Shown one piece after another: positions 1 to 7,275 of a DNA stretch of 32,000 nucleotides. The position numbers were made by a program, and so were the translations under genes. The notes beneath the pieces are model-generated. The model was not told the origin of the DNA, did not search any database, and was given only the letters and a program-made list of their open reading frames with translations. The stretch is from Nitrosopumilaceae archaeon (lineage in GTDB: Archaea > Thermoproteota > Nitrososphaeria > Nitrososphaerales > Nitrosopumilaceae). The stretch spans positions 1,528-33,527 of the forward strand of contig DATKZR010000138.1 of the NCBI GenBank assembly GCA_035527875.1. Direction: 5' to 3'. Position 1 is the stretch's first letter. Every line of letters starts with the position of its first letter.

Positions 1-185
1 ACATCTAAATCAGTTGGATTGTAAATCTCCACCCATTCTGATGGAGATGCCGAATCATCACCTGGCGGATTTGTATCAACTTCATTAATTACAATATGAT
101 CAGCAATGGATAGCTGAGCACTAGCTGGAATAACTAGACCTGCAAGAACCAAAATGGAAAATAAAATAGTGATGTTCCTTATCAT
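1..185 (-). CDS. secreted lamin-tail-domain (LTD) protein, N-terminal part only (gene runs off window start)
   Basis: Not in the ORF track. The reverse strand from ATG at 185-183 reads MIRNITILFSILVLAGLVIPASAQLSIADHIVINEVDTNPPGDDSASPSEWVEIYNPTDLD. It has a signal-peptide-like N-terminus followed by the INEV..NP.G.D...EWVEIYNP pattern typical of LTD domains. The frame stays open to position 1. Confidence 0.6.
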   Translation of the reverse strand, partial: MIRNITILFSILVLAGLVIPASAQLSIADHIVINEVDTNPPGDDSASPSEWVEIYNPTDLD

Positions 186-372
186 TGCGTTTTCCTATAT
201 GGAATACACTAAAGGCTTCTTTTTAGAATTGAATAGAGGAAAAGTTGAGCTTGTTGTTAAAGTTGACCTCAGAAATACTACCTTTTGGGTGATTTTCATG
301 CGTAAATTACAACTTTTTGGTATTTAGAGAGTGCGTATGATTGATCTCAGAGTCAAAAAATAAGGGATTCTT

Positions 373-687
373 TTATCTGACGGATACACGTTTTTTACTT
401 GTTCTACGCGCTAAACGAATGGGTTTTTTTGAATGTAATTTTGGTTTGTCAGTAGCAAGACTTCTTCCTTTTTTTTGCGCATTTCTTCTAGAAATATTTC
501 GAACCTTTTCTTCTCTTTGAAGTTTTTTTAATTTTTCAGAAGGAATTTTTCTGGACGTTTTTGCATTAGATGATTTTTTCTTGTCAGCATTCAAACGTCT
601 TGTGATCCATCCTTTTTTAGAGGCCTTACTTTTTTCCGATTCTGAAGTTTTTTTCATTTTCTTTTTTGGTGAAACCATATTAATCAT
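373..687 (-). CDS. hyper-basic Lys/Arg/Ser-rich small protein, probable nucleic-acid binder, function unknown
   Basis: 104-aa ORF with an ATG start. The sequence is dominated by K/R/S (KKKMKKTSESEKSKASKK..., RLARRTSKKRVSVR) with no hydrophobic core. It lies 27 nt downstream of the 715-960 gene on the same strand. Confidence 0.5.
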   Translation of the reverse strand: MINMVSPKKKMKKTSESEKSKASKKGWITRRLNADKKKSSNAKTSRKIPSEKLKKLQREEKVRNISRRNAQKKGRSLATDKPKLHSKKPIRLARRTSKKRVSVR

Positions 688-714
688 TTTTTTATTTCCC
701 CTTCTCCTTAAAAA

Positions 715-960
715 TTATACGCTTTCAGAATCACAATTGGGACATTTTTTATCTATAATTTTAAAACCACATTCCATACAAAGTCCCTCCCCAACATCAT
801 TTTCAATCATTTGTTTTTTTCTTGTAACATAGAATTTAATTCCAAAATACAACAATATTCCAATCAAGATAGAATAGTGAAGAGGTATGTATTGAGTAAT
901 TCCAAGGACCACAAGAAATATTCCAACGATCAAAACGATATCGCGTCTCTCAAAATTCAA
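715..960 (-). CDS. small membrane protein with C-terminal zinc ribbon
   Basis: 81-aa ORF with a TTG start and no nearby in-frame ATG. It has two hydrophobic helices (IVLIVGIFLVVLGI, ILIGILLYFGI) followed by CMECGFKIIDKKCPNCDSE (CxxC-x10-CxxC). Confidence 0.55.
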   Translation of the reverse strand: MNFERRDIVLIVGIFLVVLGITQYIPLHYSILIGILLYFGIKFYVTRKKQMIENDVGEGLCMECGFKIIDKKCPNCDSESV

Positions 961-992
961 TTAATTCAGGAATATTAAGAATTGATAAAAAC

Positions 993-1065
993 GTGCCGGA
1001 GCTCAGAGCCATTAGGTTTACTTCATATCAAGTCATTTCTCTAACTCTTCTTCATTGCTCGGCAC
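993..1065 (-). ncRNA. candidate box C/D sRNA (2'-O-methylation guide)
   Basis: The reverse strand reads GUGCCGAGC-AAUGAAGA-AGAGUUAGAGAA-AUGA-CUUGAUA-UGAAGU-AAACCUAAUGGCU-CUGA-GCUCCGGCAC. A 9-bp terminal stem with one bulge closes the element. A C-like box (AUGAAGA, against consensus RUGAUGA) follows the 5' stem half and an exact D box (CUGA) precedes the 3' stem half. Internal D'-like (AUGA) and C'-like (UGAAGU) boxes are present, and the guide spacers are 12 and 13 nt. The segment is GC-enriched relative to its flanks and lies 41 nt downstream of tRNA-Pro on the same strand. Confidence 0.45.
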
Positions 1066-1106
1066 CCAAATTGCTACTGTATTCGATAATAAGATAATGA
1101 TTAAAG

Positions 1107-1183
1107 TGGTGGGATCGGCGTGATTTGAACACGCGACCTCTGCGTCCCAAACGCAGAATCATACCAAGCTAGACCACGATCCC
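1107..1183 (-). tRNA. tRNA-Pro (anticodon UGG), CCA encoded
   Basis: The reverse complement is GGGATCGTGGTCTAGCTTGGTATGATTCTGCGTTTGGGACGCAGAGGTCGCGTGTTCAAATCACGCCGATCCCACCA. The acceptor stem is GGGATCG/CGATCCC and the D loop contains GG. The anticodon stem is CTGCG/CGCAG with loop TTTGGGA (anticodon TGG). The T arm is GCGTG-TTCAAAT-CACGC, followed by discriminator A and CCA. Total length is 77 nt. Confidence 0.93.
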
Positions 1184-1204
1184 AACGAATACCAAAAAAT
1201 ACCC

Positions 1205-1215
1205 AATTTAAGTTT
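1205..1215 (-). promoter_or_regulatory. TATA-like box for tRNA-Pro
   Basis: The reverse strand reads AAACTTAAATT, 22-32 nt upstream of the tRNA 5' end at 1183. This is the usual archaeal TATA-to-start spacing. Confidence 0.3.
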
Positions 1216-1361
1216 CACAGAGACTAGTCCAAATTTAGAATAATATATGAATTCAATCTTCTTACTGCATTTTTTTAAAATTGTTTAATTTGATATTGCT
1301 TTTTAGAAAAATAAAAAAAAGAAAAGAACCAACTAGATTTAAAAACTTTAAACAAGTTAAG

Positions 1362-1505
1362 CTAAAAGCTTTTTCCACCAGAACGATGTTTTGGTAAACA
1401 TTCTCTACAATACACTGGTCTGTCTGGTTTTGGTTCAAAAGGTACTTCTGAATCTGTACCGCAATCGGAACATTTCATTGGAAACATTTTTCGCTCTTCT
1501 GACAT
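1362..1505 (-). CDS. CxxC-x17-CxxC zinc-binding small protein
   Basis: Not in the ORF track (47 aa). The sequence is MSEERKMFPMKCSDCGTDSEVPFEPKPDRPVYCRECLPKHRSGGKSF. It reads CSDC, then exactly 17 residues including VPFxPxxxRPVYC, then CREC. This matches the described CxxC-x17-CxxC domain pattern. Confidence 0.65.
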   Translation of the reverse strand: MSEERKMFPMKCSDCGTDSEVPFEPKPDRPVYCRECLPKHRSGGKSF

Positions 1506-1773
1506 AATTTTCCATGATTTTACCACTATAAGAACCAAAGAATTTTCTTTTTTTAATAGAAAATTAAGGTAAAATGCATTATCTAACGTCGTGACAAAAA
1601 AATCATAGGGGTCTAATAAAAAAAAGGAAGTATTTCCCTTAAGGAAATTATTTTGTGTGTTTTGTGGGAATCAATTGAAAAAGTGAAAAAAGATCAAAAA
1701 TATTGTGCGTATATAAAACGTAGAGCCACCTTTTCAGGTAATAATTTTAAAGGCAATTTAGAAAACAAAACCG

Positions 1774-2670
1774 TTGAATTTAGAAGATTATCTCAAGGCT
1801 GGTAAAATAGCTTCAGAAGTTCGAGAGATGGTCAGAGTAAAAGACTGGGTTGGAAAAACTGTCTATGAAATTTGTGAAGAAGTGGAAAATGAAATTATCA
1901 AACGAGGTGCAAAATGTGCATTTCCAGTAAATAGCAGCATCAACGAGATTGCGGCCCATTATACTGCAGAACCAAATGATCCAATAACAATCACAGACTC
2001 AGATTTAGTAAAAATTGATCTGGGGGTACAGATTAACGGATTCATTGCAGATACTGCTGTAACAGTTTGCTATAATCCACAATATGATGGCCTAGTACAA
2101 GCTGCAGAAGAAGCCTTGAAAAAGGCAATGTCAATGGTCAGAGTCGGTGTAAAAGCAAGCGATATTGGAAGAGTAATTGAAAAAACAATTAAACAGATGG
2201 GATTTAAACCGATCGCAAATCTTAGCGGACATTCATTAGACCAGTTTACAATTCACTCCGGAAAAACAATTCCAAATATTTGGTCAATTGGGGGGTTTAC
2301 TCTTTCTGGAGATTCAGCTTATGCATGTGAGCCATTTGTAACTACTGCAGAGGGAGGAGGATTTGTTAGAAATGGAAAAATAAAAAATATTTTTGCCTTA
2401 AATTCAAGAAAAAAAACAAAGAATGCAGAGGCAGATAAACTGGTTGATTTTATTTGGGAAAATTTCAACATGCTTCCATTTGCATTACGGTGGATTACAA
2501 AACAATGGGAAGAAAAAGAGGCAAGAGAACTACTTGATTTTTTAATTAAAAAAAAGGCAATTCAAGCCTATCCTGTATTAGTGGAAATTCACAACCAACG
2601 AGTAGCACAGGCAGAGCATACTTTCATTCCAAATGAAACTGGGGTTACAGTAACAACTAATTTTCAATAA
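1774..2670 (+). CDS. map: methionine aminopeptidase, type 2 (archaeal)
   Basis: 298 aa with the pita-bread fold. Metal-ligand context is present (FPVNSSINEIAAHYT, DLVKIDLGVQINGFIADTA, SGHSL, EPF, AQAEHT). The start is TTG, as no earlier in-frame ATG exists. Confidence 0.93.
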   Translation: MNLEDYLKAGKIASEVREMVRVKDWVGKTVYEICEEVENEIIKRGAKCAFPVNSSINEIAAHYTAEPNDPITITDSDLVKIDLGVQINGFIADTAVTVCYNPQYDGLVQAAEEALKKAMSMVRVGVKASDIGRVIEKTIKQMGFKPIANLSGHSLDQFTIHSGKTIPNIWSIGGFTLSGDSAYACEPFVTTAEGGGFVRNGKIKNIFALNSRKKTKNAEADKLVDFIWENFNMLPFALRWITKQWEEKEARELLDFLIKKKAIQAYPVLVEIHNQRVAQAEHTFIPNETGVTVTTNFQ

Positions 2671-2735
2671 GATCGTAAAAGTGAGATACTATTTTTCATC
2701 TCTGCCAAAAAATAATTTCAAATCCATTCAACTTT

Positions 2736-2849
2736 TTATTTATGATCAACATTAAGTGGATCCCTACATTTGATACATGTTGATAACTTGTTTTCGTCAA
2801 GTTCTAACTCAACATTACTTGCATAACAACGCTGGCATAATCCCTTCAT
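2736..2849 (-). CDS. tiny zinc-ribbon protein (37 aa)
   Basis: Not in the ORF track. The sequence is MKGLCQRCYASNVELELDENKLSTCIKCRDPLNVDHK, i.e. CxxC-x18-CxxC. It starts 5 nt after the stop of the 2854-3030 ORF on the same strand. Confidence 0.3.
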   Translation of the reverse strand: MKGLCQRCYASNVELELDENKLSTCIKCRDPLNVDHK

Positions 2850-2853
2850 ATTT

Positions 2854-3030
2854 TTACTCAATAGACTCGCCAAAGATTTTATCTATTTGCATTACTCCTT
2901 CACAGGAATTACATTTTGAATTCTCAGCAAATAAATAATCACCTTCTGTAAAATTTCTTTTTCGTTCCATTTCACATGATTTGCATTTTTCTATAGTATA
3001 AGCAATGACTATTTTTTCTTTTGAGAACAT
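2854..3030 (-). CDS. small zinc-ribbon protein (58 aa)
   Basis: Not in the ORF track. The sequence is MFSKEKIVIAYTIEKCKSCEMERKRNFTEGDYLFAENSKCNSCEGVMQIDKIFGESIE (CxxC-x20-CxxC). Its ATG (3030-3028) overlaps the TAA (3032-3030) of the upstream 382-aa gene by 1 nt (TAATG), which implies translational coupling. Confidence 0.5.
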   Translation of the reverse strand: MFSKEKIVIAYTIEKCKSCEMERKRNFTEGDYLFAENSKCNSCEGVMQIDKIFGESIE

Positions 3031-4178
3031 TACTGAGCAACCCCTATAGTGTTACCCACACCAATTAGCAAAACTGATTGTCCAGACTTTGTGTTATCAT
3101 GAATCATTTCATAAACCTGTGAACGCACAGTTTCTGCCTGGTTAGCAATGTCTTTAGTCATTAAAGTTATGGCCTCTTTAATTGATTGTTTAATCACAAT
3201 AGCAAGAATTGGAATGTTGTTTTTGGTTGCAATTTCTTCGATTTGGAATCTTTCAGTTCCAATACCCCCTATTGCGGCTCCAAATCCCTGAGCAGTAATT
3301 GCAGAATCCTCACCCTCCATTTTTAATGCAGCATCCACCATTATGATAATATCAGGTTTGCTTTTTGCAACTATAGTTTCTACCGCATCCCCCGGTCTTC
3401 CAACAGTAGAACCAGGACCCTCTGCTTTTAGTAAAATCAATTTTCTACCATCAAATTCTTTTTCACTAGACACGGTCTGAAATGCCATTTTCTCTTTTTT
3501 TGTATCAAGCATCATTTTCCCTACTACCATTGGTCCAATCCCATCGCCAATTGGTTGGCCCGATTTAAAAGCTGGGATAGCTTTGGTTATAGCTTCTGCC
3601 TCTTCCATGATAAAAGGTAAAATCATTTGAAGGGGTAAAATCAAAGGATAGTTATTCTGTTTTTTGGCAGTCAAATACATGTGATTAACTATCTTGAAAA
3701 TCATATGAAGTGAAGTAGCAATTTCCAAAAGTGTTATAATTTTGGTTAATTCTAATTCTCCAGTTTCGGGAGATATAGTTTTTACATGATTTCTAGAATA
3801 ATCCTCTCTTGCTCGAACAATATGCCGAACCTTTTCCACAATTCCATTTGGATCCATATCCACTGGCATTATTGTAAAGTAATCTAAAAATCGGTCAATT
3901 TTTTTTGTCGGATCTTCTCGGGGGTTCATATTTTTCTTAACATGTTCAATTAGCTCTGTTCGAGCTTCGATTCTATAGGCATCTAATTTTTTTATCGCCT
4001 TTTTAATTTCCCCAGAGGTAACTTGTAACTGAATTCTTTGCCCGTAGAAAACGAAGAGGATTATTGGGAGAATCCAAACTAACATCATAAGAGGATTTGA
4101 ATCATCACTAAAACCAAATAATTGATCAAGATCAATATTTGTAAAATCCACCATAATCTCTGCGGTCTTGGGTTCCAA
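3030..4178 (-). CDS. archaeal membrane-anchored protein of unknown function (DUF1512-like)
   Basis: 382-aa ORF. An N-terminal TM helix (LMMLVWILPIILFVFYGQRIQ) is followed by a helical region and a C-terminal alpha/beta-looking domain (GPGSTVGRPGDAVETIV...DIIIMVDAALKMEG...IGGIGTERF). Size and layout recall the archaea-only DUF1512 family; this is from memory and not searched. The start is TTG at 4178 or ATG at 4154. Confidence 0.6.
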   Translation of the reverse strand: MEPKTAEIMVDFTNIDLDQLFGFSDDSNPLMMLVWILPIILFVFYGQRIQLQVTSGEIKKAIKKLDAYRIEARTELIEHVKKNMNPREDPTKKIDRFLDYFTIMPVDMDPNGIVEKVRHIVRAREDYSRNHVKTISPETGELELTKIITLLEIATSLHMIFKIVNHMYLTAKKQNNYPLILPLQMILPFIMEEAEAITKAIPAFKSGQPIGDGIGPMVVGKMMLDTKKEKMAFQTVSSEKEFDGRKLILLKAEGPGSTVGRPGDAVETIVAKSKPDIIIMVDAALKMEGEDSAITAQGFGAAIGGIGTERFQIEEIATKNNIPILAIVIKQSIKEAITLMTKDIANQAETVRSQVYEMIHDNTKSGQSVLLIGVGNTIGVAQ

Positions 4179-4260
4179 ATTAAATCATTCGTCTAATGGA
4201 GTTAATTTTAGAACCTGAGAATTATTTTAATTCTACGAAATTGAATAAATGCTGATTGCT

Positions 4261-4268
4261 TTTATTAT
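4261..4268 (+). promoter_or_regulatory. TATA-like box for tbp
   Basis: TTTATTAT lies 21-28 nt upstream of the tbp ATG at 4289. This is consistent with a leaderless or very short-leader transcript. Confidence 0.35.
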
Positions 4269-4288
4269 AGTAAAAATAGAATGCCAGC

Positions 4289-4849
4289 ATGCCAGAGACC
4301 AAGCCAATGGTTGCAATAGTTAACGTTGTGGCTTCAGCCTCAGTAGATCAAAAGATAGACCTAAATGAAATTACACGAAAATTTCCAGATGTAGAATACC
4401 ATCCGGATCAATTTCCAGGCCTGGTTTTTAGACTAAGAACACCAAAAACAGCTACCCTGATTTTTACTTCAGGAAAAATGGTATGCACTGGTTCAAAATC
4501 TGAAGAGATTGCAAGAAAGGCAGTAAAAATTGTTGTGCAAATGCTTCGAAAGGGTGGAATCAAAATAAAAAAAGACGCCGAGGTCACCATTCAAAATATT
4601 GTTTCGTCTATAAATCTTGGAGGGAAAGTTCACCTGGAAAAAGCCGCCAGGACTTTACCCAGAAGCATGTATGAACCCGAACAGTTTCCAGGACTTATAC
4701 ACAGAATGCTTGATCCAAAAACAGTTATTCTTGTCTTTGCATCTGGGAAACTTGTCTGCACCGGAGCCAAAAATGAACAAGACGTATACCGGTCAGTTAA
4801 CAATTTACATTCATTGTTAGAAGAAAAGGATCTGATCGTTTATGATTAA
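4289..4849 (+). CDS. tbp: TATA-box binding protein
   Basis: 186 aa with the two direct TBP repeats: VNVVASASVDQKIDLNEI...YHPDQFPGLVFRL...TATLIFTSGKMVCTG and IQNIVSSINLGGKVHLE...YEPEQFPGLIHRM...VILVFASGKLVCTG. Confidence 0.96.
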   Translation: MPETKPMVAIVNVVASASVDQKIDLNEITRKFPDVEYHPDQFPGLVFRLRTPKTATLIFTSGKMVCTGSKSEEIARKAVKIVVQMLRKGGIKIKKDAEVTIQNIVSSINLGGKVHLEKAARTLPRSMYEPEQFPGLIHRMLDPKTVILVFASGKLVCTGAKNEQDVYRSVNNLHSLLEEKDLIVYD

Positions 4850-4877
4850 ACCTTGAGTTTTAAGAAGTTTATTTAGA

Positions 4878-5204
4878 TTATTTTATTGGGCTTCCCAATG
4901 GAACCTCTTCATTTACAGTTAACCAAAAGGGCTTATCATCCACATCTGCTGCAAGTAACATTGCATTAGATTCAACTCCAGCCATTTTTTTTGGCTCGAG
5001 ATTTGCGATAACAATCACCACTTTACCAACTAGATCCTCTGGCTGATAATATTGTGCACCACCAATAATGACATCTCGTCTATCGTTCCCCAAATCAATA
5101 ATTCCCTTTATGATTCTAGACTTTCCTGGAATTGGTTCAGTTTCAATTATTTTTGCAACACGTATATCTAATTTTGCAAAATCGTCATACGAAATGTTTG
5201 GCAT
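4878..5204 (-). CDS. tRNA-binding domain protein (CsaA/Trbp111/MetRS-C-terminal-like OB fold)
   Basis: 108 aa. The sequence FAKLDIRVAKIIETEPIPGKSRIIKGIIDLGNDRRDVIIGGAQYYQPEDLVGKVVIVIANLEPKKMAGVESNAMLLAA matches the tRNA_bind domain pattern. Confidence 0.85.
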   Translation of the reverse strand: MPNISYDDFAKLDIRVAKIIETEPIPGKSRIIKGIIDLGNDRRDVIIGGAQYYQPEDLVGKVVIVIANLEPKKMAGVESNAMLLAADVDDKPFWLTVNEEVPLGSPIK

Positions 5205-5245
5205 AAAAATTCCTTAATTTCCTTGTTAAAATGAATTTCGAATGG

Positions 5246-5443
5246 CTACACAAGATCTTTTTTTTGTATTCCGCTGGTCTCAATATCATATCTAAGTGGA
5301 GCAGGTAATTCTAAATATTTTTTATTAGCTAGAATTAAAATTTGATCCCCTGGAACATTTACCTTTTTTAATAATTTTCCCCGTTGGTGAGCATAAGCAT
5401 TTTTCCAAAATTCTGCTGCATCAAACGTTCCAATTTTTGTCAT
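5246..5443 (-). CDS. hypothetical small protein (65 aa)
   Basis: ATG-initiated ORF in a gene-sized gap. I recognise no family. An A/T box lies about 20-25 nt upstream. Confidence 0.4.
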   Translation of the reverse strand: MTKIGTFDAAEFWKNAYAHQRGKLLKKVNVPGDQILILANKKYLELPAPLRYDIETSGIQKKDLV

Positions 5444-5470
5444 TTGTTTTCGTAATCCATTTTATTGAAA

Positions 5471-5551
5471 GGACTGTGACGGAAGAATGGCATATGCCGT
5501 TAGAACCGGAGTTAATGTTCTGGATTTTAGGCATGATGCCCATCACAGTCT
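5471..5551 (+). other. GC-enriched structured intergenic element (possible ncRNA or paired operator sites)
   Basis: The closing stem pairs GGACTGTGACGG (5471-5482) with CCATCACAGTCT (5540-5551), with 10 Watson-Crick pairs and one terminal G-U out of 12 positions. It encloses three local hairpins/dyads: GGCATATGCC (5489-5498), AGAAC-10nt-GTTCT (5502-5521) and GGCA-TGA-TGCC (5530-5540). A T7 run follows at 5553-5559. The strand is uncertain. Confidence 0.25.
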
Positions 5552-5606
5552 ATTTTTTTACCAAGCATAATCTAATATATTTACTGCGAAAGTGGATTCT
5601 TTAGTC

Positions 5607-6023
5607 ATGGCAATAATTGAAACTTCGATTGAGATTAATGCTCCATTTGACAGGGTTTGGGAATTAGTCTCAGATATTGATAATGAGCCTAAATTTTGGA
5701 AGGGAACTAAAGAAGTTCGAAATATTTCAAAAGAAGGAAACATCATCAACCGTGAAATAATAATTGCCTTTAGAGACCAAAAATGTCAGCAAAGAGTTAC
5801 ACTTTATCCAAAAGAAAAGATCGTAGCAGTGTTTACCAAGGGAATAATCACTGGAAAAAAAACTGTAAATTTAATGTCCCAAGATAAACAAACTTTGCTG
5901 CAAGTAAATTGGGATATTAAACTCACAGGCATAATGGGAATGTTTACAGGAATGATAAAAAAGCATATCCAAAATGGTACTGATTTGGCATTGCAAAGCA
6001 TCAAAAACGAACTTGAGAAATAA
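5607..6023 (+). CDS. SRPBCC (START/polyketide cyclase-like) ligand-binding protein
   Basis: MAIIETSIEINAPFDRVWELVSDIDNEPKFWKG... is the typical SRPBCC N-terminus. I prefer ATG at 5607 over the track's GTG at 5592. The stop is 9 nt before the GT2 gene. Confidence 0.75.
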   Translation: MAIIETSIEINAPFDRVWELVSDIDNEPKFWKGTKEVRNISKEGNIINREIIIAFRDQKCQQRVTLYPKEKIVAVFTKGIITGKKTVNLMSQDKQTLLQVNWDIKLTGIMGMFTGMIKKHIQNGTDLALQSIKNELEK

Positions 6024-6032
6024 TTCATAAAT

Positions 6033-7235
6033 ATGATTATCGATATTTTTAATTTTTCCTTAACTGCAATTTTAATAGGAGTATCAGCGGCATGGATTTT
6101 TTTAATTAGGTCGATGATAAATTCATTTAGATTAACACCATACCTGGATAAATTTGAAAAAATAAAACATAATAATCCAATGGTATCAATAATTCTTCCT
6201 GCAAGAAATGAAGAAGAATTTCTTGCCCGATGTTTGGATTCATTAATTGACCAAGACTATCCAAACTATGAAGTAATAGTTGTTGATGATTCATCAGAGG
6301 ATTCAACAGGAAATATTATTTCAGAATATTCCAAACATAATTCCAAAATAACTCTTGTCACGGCAAAACCCAAACCTGACGGATGGATGGGTAAAAATTG
6401 GGCATGTATGGAAGGTTACAGAAAAGCAACGGGGGAACTGTTGTTGTTTACTGATGCAGACACAACACATGCTAGAAATGTAATTTCTTTGGCTGTATCA
6501 AATTTACTTTCTCATAATCTAGATGCTTTAACTGTAATTCCAAAATTGGTTACAATTGATTTTTGGACAAAAATAACACTTCCCATGATATCCACGTTTT
6601 TACATACAAGATTTTCAGCTATCCGAGTAAATGATCCTTCAAAGAAGACGGGGTATTTTTTTGGAAGTTTTTTCATAATTAATCAAAAAACATACGAGGC
6701 AGTAGGAACCCATGAGGGTGTAAAACAGGAAATTATTGAAGATGGAGCTCTAGGAAAAAAAGTTAAGGACTCAGGCTACAAAATGAAGATGGTCCGAGGA
6801 GATCATCTAATTAAGGCAATATGGGCACGTGATAAGAGTACTCTTTGGAATGCCCTCAAAAGGCTAATGATTCCCCTGTATCTCCAAGGCCATGGAATTG
6901 CAGTTGGCATATTTTTTGCAGTTTTATTTTTACTTTTTATGCCATTTCCCATTTTGGTGTATTCCTCAATTCTCACTTTTGAAACCGTATCAAATTCCAT
7001 GTTGTTTGTTTCCTCTTTGATTGCCTCAATATTGATCTATATTGGAGCAGTGATTGAGGTCAAAAAGGGTCTACAAATCAAATTAATTTATGCGGCTTTT
7101 GGCCCTTTGGGAAGCCTAGTAGTAGTTTTGGGATTTTTAAGTGGATTACTCCAAGCCAAGAAAGATTCTTCGGTTTCCTGGAGAGGAAGAACTTATTCTT
7201 TGAAGGACCACACCCAAAATTCTATTAGGATTTAG
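6033..7235 (+). CDS. membrane-bound family 2 glycosyltransferase
   Basis: 400 aa. An N-terminal TM helix is followed by the GT-A core VSIILPARNEEEFLARCLDSLIDQDYPNYEVIVVDDSSEDST and FTDADT (the DxD region). Several C-terminal TM helices follow. The architecture resembles lipid/carotenoid/hopanoid-type GT2 enzymes. Confidence 0.85.
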   Translation: MIIDIFNFSLTAILIGVSAAWIFLIRSMINSFRLTPYLDKFEKIKHNNPMVSIILPARNEEEFLARCLDSLIDQDYPNYEVIVVDDSSEDSTGNIISEYSKHNSKITLVTAKPKPDGWMGKNWACMEGYRKATGELLLFTDADTTHARNVISLAVSNLLSHNLDALTVIPKLVTIDFWTKITLPMISTFLHTRFSAIRVNDPSKKTGYFFGSFFIINQKTYEAVGTHEGVKQEIIEDGALGKKVKDSGYKMKMVRGDHLIKAIWARDKSTLWNALKRLMIPLYLQGHGIAVGIFFAVLFLLFMPFPILVYSSILTFETVSNSMLFVSSLIASILIYIGAVIEVKKGLQIKLIYAAFGPLGSLVVVLGFLSGLLQAKKDSSVSWRGRTYSLKDHTQNSIRI

Positions 7236-7275
7236 GAGAAATCTTTTTAGTTGTATACAAGAAATTCAAAGTCTC

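Noticed and set aside
581-832. Plus-strand 83-aa ORF across two minus-strand genes
   Set aside because: It is the antisense shadow of the lysine-rich gene (poly-F/L from poly-K codons) and spans an intergenic gap.
1609-1686. Short frame ending ...KLFCVFCGNQLKK* (looks like half a zinc knuckle)
   Set aside because: The open frame is only 25 codons. It has no ATG, GTG or TTG upstream of the Cys pair and only one CxxC. It is probably chance or a decayed remnant.
4408-4820. ORFs 4408-4590 (-) and 4617-4820 (+) inside tbp
   Set aside because: They lie entirely within the unambiguous TBP coding frame, on the opposite strand or in another frame, with no motifs.
5471-5551. tRNA or tRNA-like gene (four-way junction appearance)
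   Set aside because: On either strand there is no GTTCRANYC-type T loop, no 7-nt anticodon loop (the central loop is 10 nt), and the D/T arm lengths are wrong. I retain it only as an unclassified structured element.
5558-7000. ORFs 5558-5749 (-), 5804-6028 (-), 6803-7000 (-)
   Set aside because: They are antisense to the SRPBCC and GT2 genes, with no family resemblance.
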